Assembly: GCA_951406725.2 (NCBI GenBank)
Contig: OX597827.1
Span: forward strand, 39,246,001 to 39,310,000
Length of the DNA stretch: 64,000 nt
Origin: Octopus vulgaris
Lineage: Eukaryota
Direction of reading: 5' to 3'
Shown here: positions 1 to 11,419 of the stretch, one piece after another
How positions within the stretch are numbered: the first letter of the stretch is position 1
Layout of the letters: every line of letters begins with the position of its first letter
The notes under the pieces: model-generated
Database searches by the model: none
The model's input: the letters and a program-made list of their open reading frames with translations, nothing else
What the model was told of the DNA's origin: nothing
Program-made: the position numbers and the translations under genes

Positions 1-1547
1 CTCTCTTGGACAATATTCTCAGAAGTAGGTATCGATTTAAATTTCTTCACATCAATACTTTTTGTACCAACATTTTGGTCTTTGGGTTTTCCATCATCAG
101 GTGTTTGGTCTTCAGTACTCAGAATATCAGCATCTTCAAGAGGATCTGACACAGTGTCTTTCGAAGATTCTAAGAAAGTCTTTGCAGGTTCTTCCACTTT
201 TGTTCTTACCTGAACTAAAGTGGGATCTTTCTCCTTCCAGTCATTATCCTCTTCAAGAGCTGAATATTCCAAGTCGTAATCTGATGGTTCAATTCTGACT
301 GATGTCACATCATCACCAACACTTTCTTGGACAATATTCTCAGAAGTAGATATTGATTTAAATTTCTTCACATCAATACTTTTTGTACCAACATTTTGGT
401 CTTTGGATTTTCCATCATCAGGAGTTTGGTCTTCAGTACTCAGAATATCAGCATCTTCAAGAGGATCTGACGCAGTGTCTTTCCAAGATTCTAAGAAAGT
501 CTTTTCAGGTTCTTCCACTTTTGTTCTTACCTGAACTAAAGTGGGATCTTTCTCCTTCCAGTCATTATCCTCTTCAAGAGCTGAATATTCCAAGACGTAA
601 TCTGATGGTTCAATTCTGAGTGATGTCACATCATCACCAACACTCTCTTGGACAATATTCTCAGAAGTAGGTATTGATTTCAATTTCTTCACATCAATAC
701 TTTTTGTACCAACATTTTGGTCTTTGGATTTTCCATCATCAGGAGTTTGGTCTTCAGTACTCAGAATATCAGCATCTTCAAGAGGATCTGACGCAGTGTC
801 TTTCCAAGATTCTATGAAAGTCTTTGCAGGTTCTTCCACTTTTGTTCTTACCTGAACTAAAGTGGGATCTTTCTCCTTCCAGTCATTATCCTCTTCAAGA
901 GCTGAATATTCCAAGTCGTAATCTGATGGTTCAATTATGACTGATGTCACATCATCACCAACACTCTCTTGGACAATATTCTCAGAAGTAGGTATTGATT
1001 TCAATTTCTTCACATCAATACTTTTTGTATCAACATTTTGGTCTTTGGATTTTCCATCATCAGGTGTTTGGTCTTCAGTACTCAGAATATCAGCATCTTC
1101 AAGAGGATCTGACACAGTGTCTTTCCAAGATTCCAAGAATGTCTCCACAGGTTCTTCATATTTATGTTTTACCTGAAATAATGTAGGGCCTTTTTCTTCC
1201 CAGTCATTATCCTCTTCAAGAGCTGAATATTCCAAGTTGTCTATTTGCACAGACATCACCTTAGAAACACCTACTTCCCTTATAACATTTTCAGAAGTGG
1301 GAGTACTAATGTCAGGAATGTTTGAATATATCACAGTATTTATGTTTTTTCCATCATTAGTGTTGTCATAGGTTGGTATTTCCACATCTCTTGTTAGAAT
1401 ATCAGCATCTTCAAGAGGATCTGATGCAGTGTCTTTCCAAGATTCCAAGAACGTCTGCACCGGCAATTGATGATATTCAACAACTTGTAGTTTGGACGGA
1501 TCTTTCTCTTCCCAGTCATTATCCTCTTCAAGAGCTGAATATTCAAG
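1..1547 (-). repeat. Coding tandem repeat, 321-bp (107-aa) unit: about 3.8 near-identical copies plus one diverged ~312-bp copy
   Basis: LEYSALEEDNDW begins at 272, 593, 914, 1235 (321 apart) and 1547. Unit: LEYSALEEDNDWKEKDPTLVQVRTKVEEPAKTFLESWKDTASDPLEDADILSTEDQTPDDGKSKDQNVGTKSIDVKKFKSIPTSENIVQESVGDDVTSVRIEPSDYD. Confidence 0.95.
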
Positions 1548-4094
1548 ATTCTTCTCATCTGTAGCTGCATCGTTTTTTCCATTTTCAGAAGAATCTAAAA
1601 GATTTTCATTCTTTAAAATTTCATGAGTATTTATTTCTCTATCTACAGAATGTACTGTTTCCCCAGAACTTTCAGGATCTTGGGACTCATCTCCATTCAT
1701 TAACAGCTGTGTCGTGATGTTGTTTATTTCACTGTGATGAATGCCAAGCAGTTCTTGTGTTCCTTGAGATGAGCAGTCGATAACTCCTGAAGTGATCTTA
1801 TCACTTTCAACTTTTGTAACCTGAGGATCTTGTCTTCTTTCAGATGTTTTTGTGTCTCCAACACCTTTGAAACTATCTTCTGATGAATAAAATTTTGACC
1901 ATATATAAAGATCTTTCCGATCTTCTTCAAGTGGTTCAGACACAGTGTATTTCCAATCAGTGCTATATTGATTTCTGTCGATCAATGATTTATAATCATC
2001 TGTGTTCTCATCTGTTTCATAAAATTTCCTCCAAATTTCATTGTCTCTGCTTATTTTCAAAGCCTTCTCTTCCCAATCCTTGTTGGATATTGGATTGTAA
2101 AACATTTTCCAAATGTCTTCATGCTCTATTTCATTTTCCAAAGGTTCAGATTCTGTAGAATCGTCTTTCAGTAAGTATGCCATGGTGTCATTATTGTCTT
2201 TACTTGGTTCTTTCAGAGTAAGACATGGCTTTTCATTCCAGTCATTATCCTCCTCAAGTGGAGAATAAAACTTTGTCCAAACCTCATTATATTCCGTATC
2301 TAAATTTGAAGTTACAGAATCTGAATGTGGTTGTACAGTTTGGTCAATGGGACTGGATCTTCCATCAAATCCAGTTGAAACACCCAAAGTAACTTCCTCT
2401 GAGTGTGATGGAAGCCTATTGCTTTCTGGTTCTGGTGATGCTTTTGTCTCTGGCTGGGTTAAACCAGCTTTGCTTGTCATAATGTCCTTGCTTATTGATG
2501 TCATTTTAGTTACAGGACATATGTCATATAATGTTTCGGTAACATATTGGTGTGGTTGTAGGGTTTGAGTTTCATCAAGATTAGAGGACACTTGGTAAGT
2601 TTTGTCCTCCAAATTAGTCCACTGAGGAATATTATCTGACTGATTTACTAAGATGGAACTAGTGGTGTCAGTCATTTTCATATCAGTTTTTTGTTCAACT
2701 GAATTATATTCAAAGTTGTTTAATTCACTCTCATCTTTAGATGTTTCTGTATGAGAGGAAACATTAGTGACCAAATCAGACCTGCTAAATTGGGCATCTA
2801 CAGTGTCTGAAGATTTGGTCTCTTCTGGCTTACCTGTAGATTGTAAAGAAGCTTCTTCAGCCTCTCCACTTGTGACAATTTCTTGGGTAGTTTTTTGTGT
2901 TCTGTCAGAGTCGAGTAGGCTAATGTTGGTATCAGCTTCAACAGGTATTAGCTTCTCAGAACTTTTCAGTTCTTCATATTTTTGTACGTTTGTGTCTCTT
3001 CTAGAAACAACATCTTTAGCTCCTAGCGAATTCAGTTTTTCACCTGTATATTCTAATTCATAATCTTCAGTTTCTTCTCCATCTAAACTTTGTATTTTTA
3101 GGGGTTGTTTTAAAATTGGGCTAACTGAAGATTCTTGAAAGGATAAAGGATCAGACTCTTTTGTGTTAGTGGCTTGTAATGTAGCTTGGTCCAAAAGAGA
3201 ACCATCCTTTATAACTAAACTAGACATTTCTTGACTAAACCTTATCTGGTCTCCTTGTAGGGAATCTAAGCCTGAAGATACGTCATCTCTTGAGACAGTT
3301 ATAGAACTTTCACAGATGTTAGTACTGTAATTGTCTTCAGAGACTTGAGTTACTCCTAAATCTAAAGCCCCACCACTGCCACTTTCAGGTTTTTCTACTC
3401 TAGTTACATCAGACTGGCTATGGGCAACATATTCTAAATCAGATTGATCTAAACTTTCATGGTCAAACTCATGTGAAGTTTCTGATATGGGGGTAGAAAT
3501 ACTAAGATCACCTGACATGAGGCCTGAATCAAACATCTCTGATGTGGAATAATCACTGCTAGGGGATATTTCTTCTCTACGATCTAAATACTTTAGCTTT
3601 GAGTTTTCATTCGCTGAAGGAGATTCTACAAGAGAATCGTTGTTAGTCACATGATCAACATTTAAGTCACTGGTAGCTTTGACCAGTCCTGCATCTACAT
3701 CACTGCAAATACCATTATAAAAAAAACCATTGCTTACTTCCTCAGCTTTGGAAGCAGTGTTGCCATCTGTGTCTTCACTGTACTCTGCCAAACCTGAAGT
3801 TTCGGAAGTTTTCTTTGTAAGTGCATTTGTTTCTTGAAGAGAGGTAATGTCTCCTGCCCCAGGCTGTTGAATCTCCACAGTTGGAGAATGTATATTGCTG
3901 AGGCGAGTTTGCATTTCACAAACGTCCTTTCCAGGGGCCGATTCTTCTTCATTGTATGCCCAAGCCCATGGAAAGTCATCAGCCCATCCTGTGTTAGCTG
4001 GCGGTAAAGAAATGGGAGTTTCTTCGGTTGGGGGAGATTTTAGGAATGGGTCTGTTAAAGATTCGGTGCTGCCAAAACCCTCACTATTTAGCAC
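1..4094 (-). CDS. Giant exon (at least 1364 codons, open to window edge) encoding an acidic S/T/E/D-rich tail; probable C-terminal region of the TDRKH-like gene
   Basis: Acceptor ccatttctttacag|GTG at 4095-4096. Frame reads VLNSEGFGSTESLTDPFLKSPPTEETPISLPPANTGWADDFPWAWAYNEEE...; no stop in the long stretches translated by hand, and the frame at 4094 matches the frame at position 3. Phase 0 fits the donor at 22112. Absent from the ORF track, consistent with no in-window stop. Linkage to upstream exons is inferred. Confidence 0.85.
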   Translation of the reverse strand, partial: MLNSEGFGSTESLTDPFLKSPPTEETPISLPPANTGWADDFPWAWAYNEEESAPGKDVCEMQTRLSNIHSPTVEIQQPGAGDITSLQETNALTKKTSETSGLAEYSEDTDGNTASKAEEVSNGFFYNGICSDVDAGLVKATSDLNVDHVTNNDSLVESPSANENSKLKYLDRREEISPSSDYSTSEMFDSGLMSGDLSISTPISETSHEFDHESLDQSDLEYVAHSQSDVTRVEKPESGSGGALDLGVTQVSEDNYSTNICESSITVSRDDVSSGLDSLQGDQIRFSQEMSSLVIKDGSLLDQATLQATNTKESDPLSFQESSVSPILKQPLKIQSLDGEETEDYELEYTGEKLNSLGAKDVVSRRDTNVQKYEELKSSEKLIPVEADTNISLLDSDRTQKTTQEIVTSGEAEEASLQSTGKPEETKSSDTVDAQFSRSDLVTNVSSHTETSKDESELNNFEYNSVEQKTDMKMTDTTSSILVNQSDNIPQWTNLEDKTYQVSSNLDETQTLQPHQYVTETLYDICPVTKMTSISKDIMTSKAGLTQPETKASPEPESNRLPSHSEEVTLGVSTGFDGRSSPIDQTVQPHSDSVTSNLDTEYNEVWTKFYSPLEEDNDWNEKPCLTLKEPSKDNNDTMAYLLKDDSTESEPLENEIEHEDIWKMFYNPISNKDWEEKALKISRDNEIWRKFYETDENTDDYKSLIDRNQYSTDWKYTVSEPLEEDRKDLYIWSKFYSSEDSFKGVGDTKTSERRQDPQVTKVESDKITSGVIDCSSQGTQELLGIHHSEINNITTQLLMNGDESQDPESSGETVHSVDREINTHEILKNENLLDSSENGKNDAATDEKNLEYSALEEDNDWEEKDPSKLQVVEYHQLPVQTFLESWKDTASDPLEDADILTRDVEIPTYDNTNDGKNINTVIYSNIPDISTPTSENVIREVGVSKVMSVQIDNLEYSALEEDNDWEEKGPTLFQVKHKYEEPVETFLESWKDTVSDPLEDADILSTEDQTPDDGKSKDQNVDTKSIDVKKLKSIPTSENIVQESVGDDVTSVIIEPSDYDLEYSALEEDNDWKEKDPTLVQVRTKVEEPAKTFIESWKDTASDPLEDADILSTEDQTPDDGKSKDQNVGTKSIDVKKLKSIPTSENIVQESVGDDVTSLRIEPSDYVLEYSALEEDNDWKEKDPTLVQVRTKVEEPEKTFLESWKDTASDPLEDADILSTEDQTPDDGKSKDQNVGTKSIDVKKFKSISTSENIVQESVGDDVTSVRIEPSDYDLEYSALEEDNDWKEKDPTLVQVRTKVEEPAKTFLESSKDTVSDPLEDADILSTEDQTPDDGKPKDQNVGTKSIDVKKFKSIPTSENIVQE

Positions 4095-5566
4095 CTGTAA
4101 AGAAATGGTACAAATATTAGAAAATAATAATTTCATACACAGACACAATTAAAAAAAAAAGAAAATTTGCAGGGAATAGGTAGGTTGGTAGGTAAAACAG
4201 TTTCAGAAAGAGAGCTAAGTTAATAGGGTGTTGGTTTACTGGATAACTGAAGGACTGGTGGCCTGTATCCTTATCACTGGTTTTAGGAAGTAATAAAACA
4301 GCATTTTCAATTGTTTAACCCCGGGTTTCCCTGAATGAGTAGACCTATGACCAAAAGCATTCCAACCATAACCATCCCACATATTTTTGTGTTTGTGGGA
4401 CTACACTGTTTAATGTGTCCTTTATAGTGTGTGAATTGAAGGGGATTTGGTTATTCACTCTTTCTAGCAGATTAAACAAGTAAAAAGAGAGGTTTAACTC
4501 ATTAGTTTAAGGGCTAAGCAGTCATATTCCATCTCTCGTGCTATATTTTATCAGTGGCCAATACACTTAGTTCCTATCAGTGGCTAAGATCTTAATGGTT
4601 TGTTCCATTAGCTTTTAATAAATAGGTACCATGGTTAGGTGCTGGGGTTATGCTTACAGCTTCAAAGTAGCAACGTTACAGCCTAAGTTGACTGGCATTT
4701 CAATGACTTCTAGTGTTGAGTTCAAATCCTACCACATGTACAGCTTAAAGAGATGTAACTGGAAGTTGTGGCATTCATACCTTCTGCAAGCTGGGACAAA
4801 TACTGCAAGGAGTTTTGTCCAGTACTCTAATGGTTCCATCAACCTATCACTGGATTAGTACCTTATTTTAAATTCCAAATCCAAAACGATGAAGAACAAA
4901 GGATTTGAACTCAGTACATAAACAGACTTAACTACTTTCGGGTAAGAGTATAAAAAAAAATTGCATCTCTCTGCCAAACCATGTTGAGTCAGTGTGGCAG
5001 GGTAGACTCATCAAATCAGTATGATCTCAAGCTCAAATTCACAGTCTCTACAATAGACTGTGATTGGGTGGAGAGAACATGTTGAGGCCTTTGTCTTGCA
5101 GTGGACAGAACATGGGCAATCCAATCCAGTCCAGTCCAGTCCAACCTACATAAACAGTCAGAATATTTGTCATTTTGACAGACACTTCAATGATCCTACC
5201 AATCCACTGCCATTAATAAAAATAATAACATAGAGGAAATGTTTAAAAAAAAAATGAAGGAAGAAGGTAAAAATCATTTTCTGATACACTCTTAGGAATT
5301 TCTTCTATAATAATGTCCTCAATGTACCCACTTAAGTACTCCGTTAAAGGTCAAATGGATAAGGACTAGTGGTAATCTACTTTCAGTTTCATTGTTGTGG
5401 AGTATTGAGCCTTGCATTTGAAATTATACAGGTTTAAAGATGCTGCTGTCGTTTTTAGCCTGACATCAACCCTGAACCAGCAGCCTAAACCTGAAAGCAT
5501 TTGAGCCTTGACCATCTGTATTTTTCCCTCAGAATTCATACATACATACATACATACATACATACA

Positions 5567-5597
<31 letters not shown>

Positions 5598-6555
5598 GAG
5601 TGTGTGTGTGTGTATGTGTGTTTGTGTTAGGTCACTCTTGAGTGCTACTGGTAACATGTAATCCACAACAGCCTGTAGGATGTCTGGGCCATCAGGAACT
5701 AAACTGGCAATATTACCACACTTGATTAGCAGGGTGGCTTTTTGGACACTGAGCAGGATAAAAATCAAGAGCTGTGAAAGGGGAGATGAACTGAGGAGGG
5801 TCAATGACCATCCAAGTACATAACACACACACACACACACTTAATCCAATGTATCCTTCCCATTTTAAGATAGTAGGGTGTGGTTTGAGGAAGCGCTATT
5901 TCTAGCAGGTTGAGTAATCACATAAAATAAATCCCTGTTGGTTTGTAGGTTTTAAGATCCTTTTACTTTTTAGCCCTTGATCAGTTCTAACCAAACAGAC
6001 CTATGGTCAAATGTGTTCCAGCCATGACAATCCTGACTTATTTACAGACTTAGTATATCTAGTGCAATAGAGTCCAATATGTCTTTTTTTTTAAGATGTA
6101 AGGCAGGGAGATTTGACTGCTGTTTTTAACCCACAGGTTTGTGAGAGAAGGGATTTCTCGTACCTCTTGGGATATTGTGCATCTTTCATCTTTCCCAACA
6201 GTATCCCTGCGACTCGATGACTTGCTCCATTCAGCATGGCCCATTTTCACTAGCTCTTCATTGATGTTAGTTGTCTAGAGGGTAAAAAAATATATATATA
6301 TATATATATATAAGTTAAATTAATATTACAAATAGAAGAATAGAAATACATATATATTATGTGGATACATACATGTAGACAAATATATATTCATAAAGTT
6401 AAAGATGTTGATTTTTATACAAGTAAATAAATCACACAAAATTGAAATTAATTCAAAACGAACAAAAATGTAACACACACACAAACACACCCATCCACAT
6501 ACATGTATACATATATGTATATATACATACAATGCATGCATACACATACACACAA

Positions 6556-6591
<36 letters not shown>

Positions 6592-6594
<3 letters not shown>

Positions 6595-7003
6595 TCTTTC
6601 ACTCTTTTACATGTTTCAGTCATTTGACCACGGCCATGCTGGAGCACCACCTTAATCGAGAAATCGACCCCAGGATTTATTCTTTGTAAGCCTAGTACTT
6701 ATTCTATTGATCTCTTTTGCTGAACCAGTGAGTTTTGGGGACATAAACACACCAACATCAGTTGTCAAGTGGTGCTGGGGGGACAAACACAGACACAAAG
6801 ACACACACACATAAATATATATACACATATATATACATGACAGGCTTCTTTCAGTTTCCATCTATCAAATTCACTCACAAGGTTTTGGTCAGCCTGAGGC
6901 TATAGCGGAAGGCACTTGCCCAAGGTGCAATTCAGTGGGACTGTACTCAGAACCATGTGGTTGAGAAGCAAGTTTTTTACCACACAGTCATATCTGTGCC
7001 TAT
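6592..7003 (-). mobile_element. tRNA-derived SINE, family A
   Basis: Reverse-complement match to the copies at 61765-62178 and 62780-63157, including the gtaaaagagt-type tail. Confidence 0.8.
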
Positions 7004-7096
7004 AGTATAAAGTTAACTTAAAATATTAAAAGATATATGAATAAAAAAGAATTGAAAATAGGAAAAATGTTACAAACAACCCAAAATATAAATATA

Positions 7097-8358
7097 TTGG
7101 GTTGGCAAGAAAGTAATTTTGTTTTTTGCAAAGAGTCTTTTTTCAATAATTTTTGTGAATGTTATGATTTTTTCCTTTTGACATTTGATAGCTGTTACTT
7201 TTAGCTTACTTTAGGAGCAAATTGCATGTAATTTTGTTTACAGCTGTTAGTTCAGTGACAATTTTAACATGGAATGCAAAAACAAACATTTTCACCATAT
7301 TTCGCTTTTTTATTTCTGTAAAGATAAGAAAGCTGCTGAGGCTCACAAAGAGATATGTGAAGTTTATAGTGTTGATTGCTTAACAGAATGCACATTTCAG
7401 AAATGGTTTAAAAAACCCTGTTCTAGACTCAAAGATGACCAATGTTCTGGTTGACCTACTGAAGTTGATGACTAATCAAAGCCATAATTGAATCTGATTG
7501 TCATATAACTGTGTGAGAAATTTCAGAGAGGTTAGATGTATCACATACAACAACTGAAAATCACTTAAAATGTCTTGGACTCATTAAGAAGCTTGATATG
7601 GGAGTTGCACATAAATTGAAAAAGATTCACTTAACACAACAAATCAATGTTTGTGAGATGTATTTCAAATGGAATGAAATCGACCTTTTTTGAAACAAAT
7701 CATCACTGGTGATGAAAAATGAATTGTCTACTATGACATCAATTGAAAACGATTATGGTCCAAGTATAATGAACCAGCACAAATCACATCAAAAGCTGAA
7801 CTGCATCAAAAAAAGGTTATGCTGTCAATTTGGTGGGATTACAAAGGTGCTGTGTAGTTTGAGCTGCTTTGAAGGAATGAAATGATCAATTCAGATGTTT
7901 ACTGTCAACAGCTAATGAAACTGGAGGAAGCAATCAAAGAAAAATGACTAGAATTGGTAAATCGTAGAGGAATCGTGTTCAACCATGACAACATTAGACC
8001 ACACACATCTTTGCTAACTTATGAAAAAGTACTGGAGCTTGGTTGGGAAGTGATGTCACATCCACCATATAGTCCTGACTTTGCACCATCAAATTACTAT
8101 TTATTTTGAAGTTTGCAAAATTCTTTGATGGTAAAACTTTCAATAATGATGACCTGAAATCACATTTGCTTCAGTTTTTGGCTGATTAGAACCAGAAGTT
8201 CTATGATTGTGGAATCATGAAGTTGCCAGAAATATGGCAAAGGGCCATCAAACAAAATGGAAACTATATAATTGATTAAAGTTCATTCTTTGTATGAAAA
8301 AAAACAACAAACTTTTATTTCACACTAAACAGCTGAAAATACTTTCTTGCCAATCCAG
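7097..8358 (+). mobile_element. Near full-length decayed mariner transposon (mellifera-like subfamily)
   Basis: TIRs ttgggttggcaagaaagt / actttcttgccaatccag flanked by TA. Relic from 7269 MECKNKHFHHISLFYFCKDKKAAEAHKEICEVY; motifs ITGDEK, HDNIRPH, HPPYSPDFAPSNY; many stops and frameshifts. Confidence 0.93.
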
Positions 8359-11162
8359 TATATATACGTAAATATAAAGTAAACCATTAATATATAAATA
8401 AACAAAATAAACAAGTTTTAAGAAACAATTTTGTGAAATGAAGATTTACCATAAAGAAAAAGTATTCTGTTATATAAAAGTCATGGTCAGTTCTGGACAT
8501 GATATCTGTGATAGTTTAAAAGACTATTTATGACTGAACATTTGTAAGTGACTGCCAAACTTGGATTTCTAGATGCTGGTAGGACATGGTCCAATGAAGA
8601 AACTTTAATGGGGTCATTGGATCTACTAGAAATAACAGCTAAATATCTCACAACTACAAGTCAAGCCTTATATGGTAAATGGAGCTCAGCCCAAATTTTC
8701 AACTCTGAATGTTCAGTTATTCGATCAACTAAACAACTGAGCTCATTAAATTAGCATGTAATTTGCTGAGTATTCCACAGACATATACTTTTTGGTCTGT
8801 CATGAGCTACAGGAGTCACACAGCCTGAGCTTAAACCAATTTCTGTAGCATATAAGAAAATGATTACAACTCTCCCGCTGCTGAATGGGATGCTGGTCCA
8901 TTGCTATTGTTGGAACCCATGTGCAGTTGTGTGGACTAGAGCAATGTGAAATGAGGTGTTTTGTTCAAGAACACAATACATCACCAGGTCTGGGAATTGA
9001 AACCATGATCATAAGATTGTGAGAGCAACATGATAATCACTAAACCATGCACCTTCACACAGACATGTGTACACTTAATGAAATTCTTGGGTGGAATCAC
9101 TGTGACACAATATGACAAGAGTAGACCATTCCGTGCCATGCTGAATCTCACTGAAAACTACATGAAGGGTACATGTGTCTGTGGAGTGCTCAGTCACTTG
9201 CATGTTAATTTCATGAGCAGGCTGTTCCTTTAATCAGATCAACTGGAACCCTCATTGTTGCAACTGATGGAGTGCTAGTTAAAAAAAAGGTACAATCCAT
9301 CTAACAGTCTTCTTTACAGTTTCTGTCCCGCCAGTTTTACTCTATGGTATGGGTTGACCTGAGACTATAGAAAATAAACTCTTTCCTAAGATGCCATGCA
9401 GTGCGATCGAAATCATAACCTCTTGATTGTGAAGTTGACTTTTTAACAGTTCAGACATACTATACCTACAATCAAAATCCTACAGTCTTAAAAAAACAAA
9501 AACATATTTCACAGTTACTGGTAGTTTCATCTCAGACAGGATTATCCAGACCAAGGATTCCCATACAGAATGAAACTGCTGGTCATTGTGAGCACTGAAT
9601 TTTCCAGCACTCCCAATAAAATTATTACATTACAATTGAATCAAAATGTTTGACTACCAGCAGCACTAGATGTAGCATCCTACCATCATCATCATCATCC
9701 TTTAACACCCTTGTTCCATACCAGCATATGTTGGATGATTGGACAAGATTCAACAGGTCCAAGAGACAATACAGAAAAAGGATGAGGGTGTTTGTAAGTC
9801 ACATACTCTAATAACACAACAAGCTATGAAAATAGTCCCTTACTATCACTTAATAGTTGGAAACCTTACACGTTTGCACCCCAAATTGATAACCCTAACT
9901 TAAGTAGAAGACCAGAAATATTTGGTGGAAGTAGAAGTTCATTATATCAACTCTAGTATTTGAGTGGTGCTCATTCTTATTGCTTTTGGAAGAATGAAGT
10001 TGACCCCACAAGGATTTAAACCCAGGACATAAGGTGCCATAATTAGATACCACAGACCATATTGTGTGATTCTGCCCATTCAGTATGAAGAAACAAGGAG
10101 AGTGTATTTTTAAGATATGTGATCTTGATAATATTGCTAGTTGCTTGGTTAGTCCAGATTACTCTGTAAGGAGCATAGGGCCAGTTTTCTGGTTTCTGTT
10201 GCTTATATATTCCTCCCTGGATGAGACACCAGTCCATCACAGGATTACTCATTTTTATCAGCTGAATGGACTTGAACAATGTGAAATGAAGTGTCTTGCT
10301 CAAGAACACAACACATCACTTAGTCCAGGAATCGAAACCACAATCTTATGATCACGAGTCCAACACCCTAACCACTAAGAGCTAGTCTCTTACTGTCGCA
10401 TAATTGTTGGGAGCCTAAATGTTTGTTCTTTGAATGATATGAAGAAATAAAGAAGGAATATTAGTAAGTCACATGATCTGATAATAATACAGCAGCCCTT
10501 TCAAATGGTTGATCAGTTGTTGTTAGTTAAATGTTGGAACCTGTTGGTTTCAATACCTAGCACTGTCACAGATATGTTTTTTTTTTATCCCTAGAACTGG
10601 CTATACCTGTACAATAACAAAGAAAGAAAGAAACAAGCAACCACCACCACCACCACCACCAACAACAACAACTTTTAAGATAACAGCAACATGGACAAGG
10701 ACAACACTGAGGATAGCAGCAACAAGAAAAATGTCAATGTAAACAACAATAACAATGACATTAATGACAACAACAACAATGACAACATCAAGACAAAGGT
10801 TACAAGCCAGTAAAGGACTTGCTACAGAGTTGCTTGACATACTAAAACTGGCAGCCAAATAGCCCTCAAATCATAACCTACCATCTTAAGAAAGGAAAGG
10901 ATATTGGACAATGTAACTCTAACATAGTCCAAAACAGACAGTTTTGTCATGGTTGGAATGCTTTCAATCATAGCCTGTTTAGTCAGGGCTAACTAACATG
11001 GGGCTAAGGAATAGCAATGGTTATGACAAGAACAAGAACAATAACAACAGCATCAAGGGTAGCAGTGACTCAATCAGGACTAGGCAACATCGACAACATC
11101 ACCTTTTCAACAAAGATACCACCACCACCACCACCACCACCACCACCACCACCACCACCACC

Positions 11163-11194
<32 letters not shown>

Positions 11195-11331
11195 CAAAAA
11201 CAACAACAAAAACAAGAACAACAATGAAAACTGAAAAAAATAAACACAGCTGCAACAACAAAAAATTTGAAAAGATAGATAATTTACAAAATTATTTTAC
11301 AATATTTTTTAACATTTTAGATAACTGAAAT

Positions 11332-11419
<88 letters not shown>

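Noticed and set aside
1-1547. CRISPR-like regular repeats
   Set aside because: Whole units repeat with no unique spacers, the period is a multiple of 3 and the context is a eukaryotic exon.
62-3063. Plus-strand ORFs such as MYQHFGLW... repeated at 321-bp spacing
   Set aside because: Antisense shadows of the long minus-strand coding frame; short and interrupted by stops.
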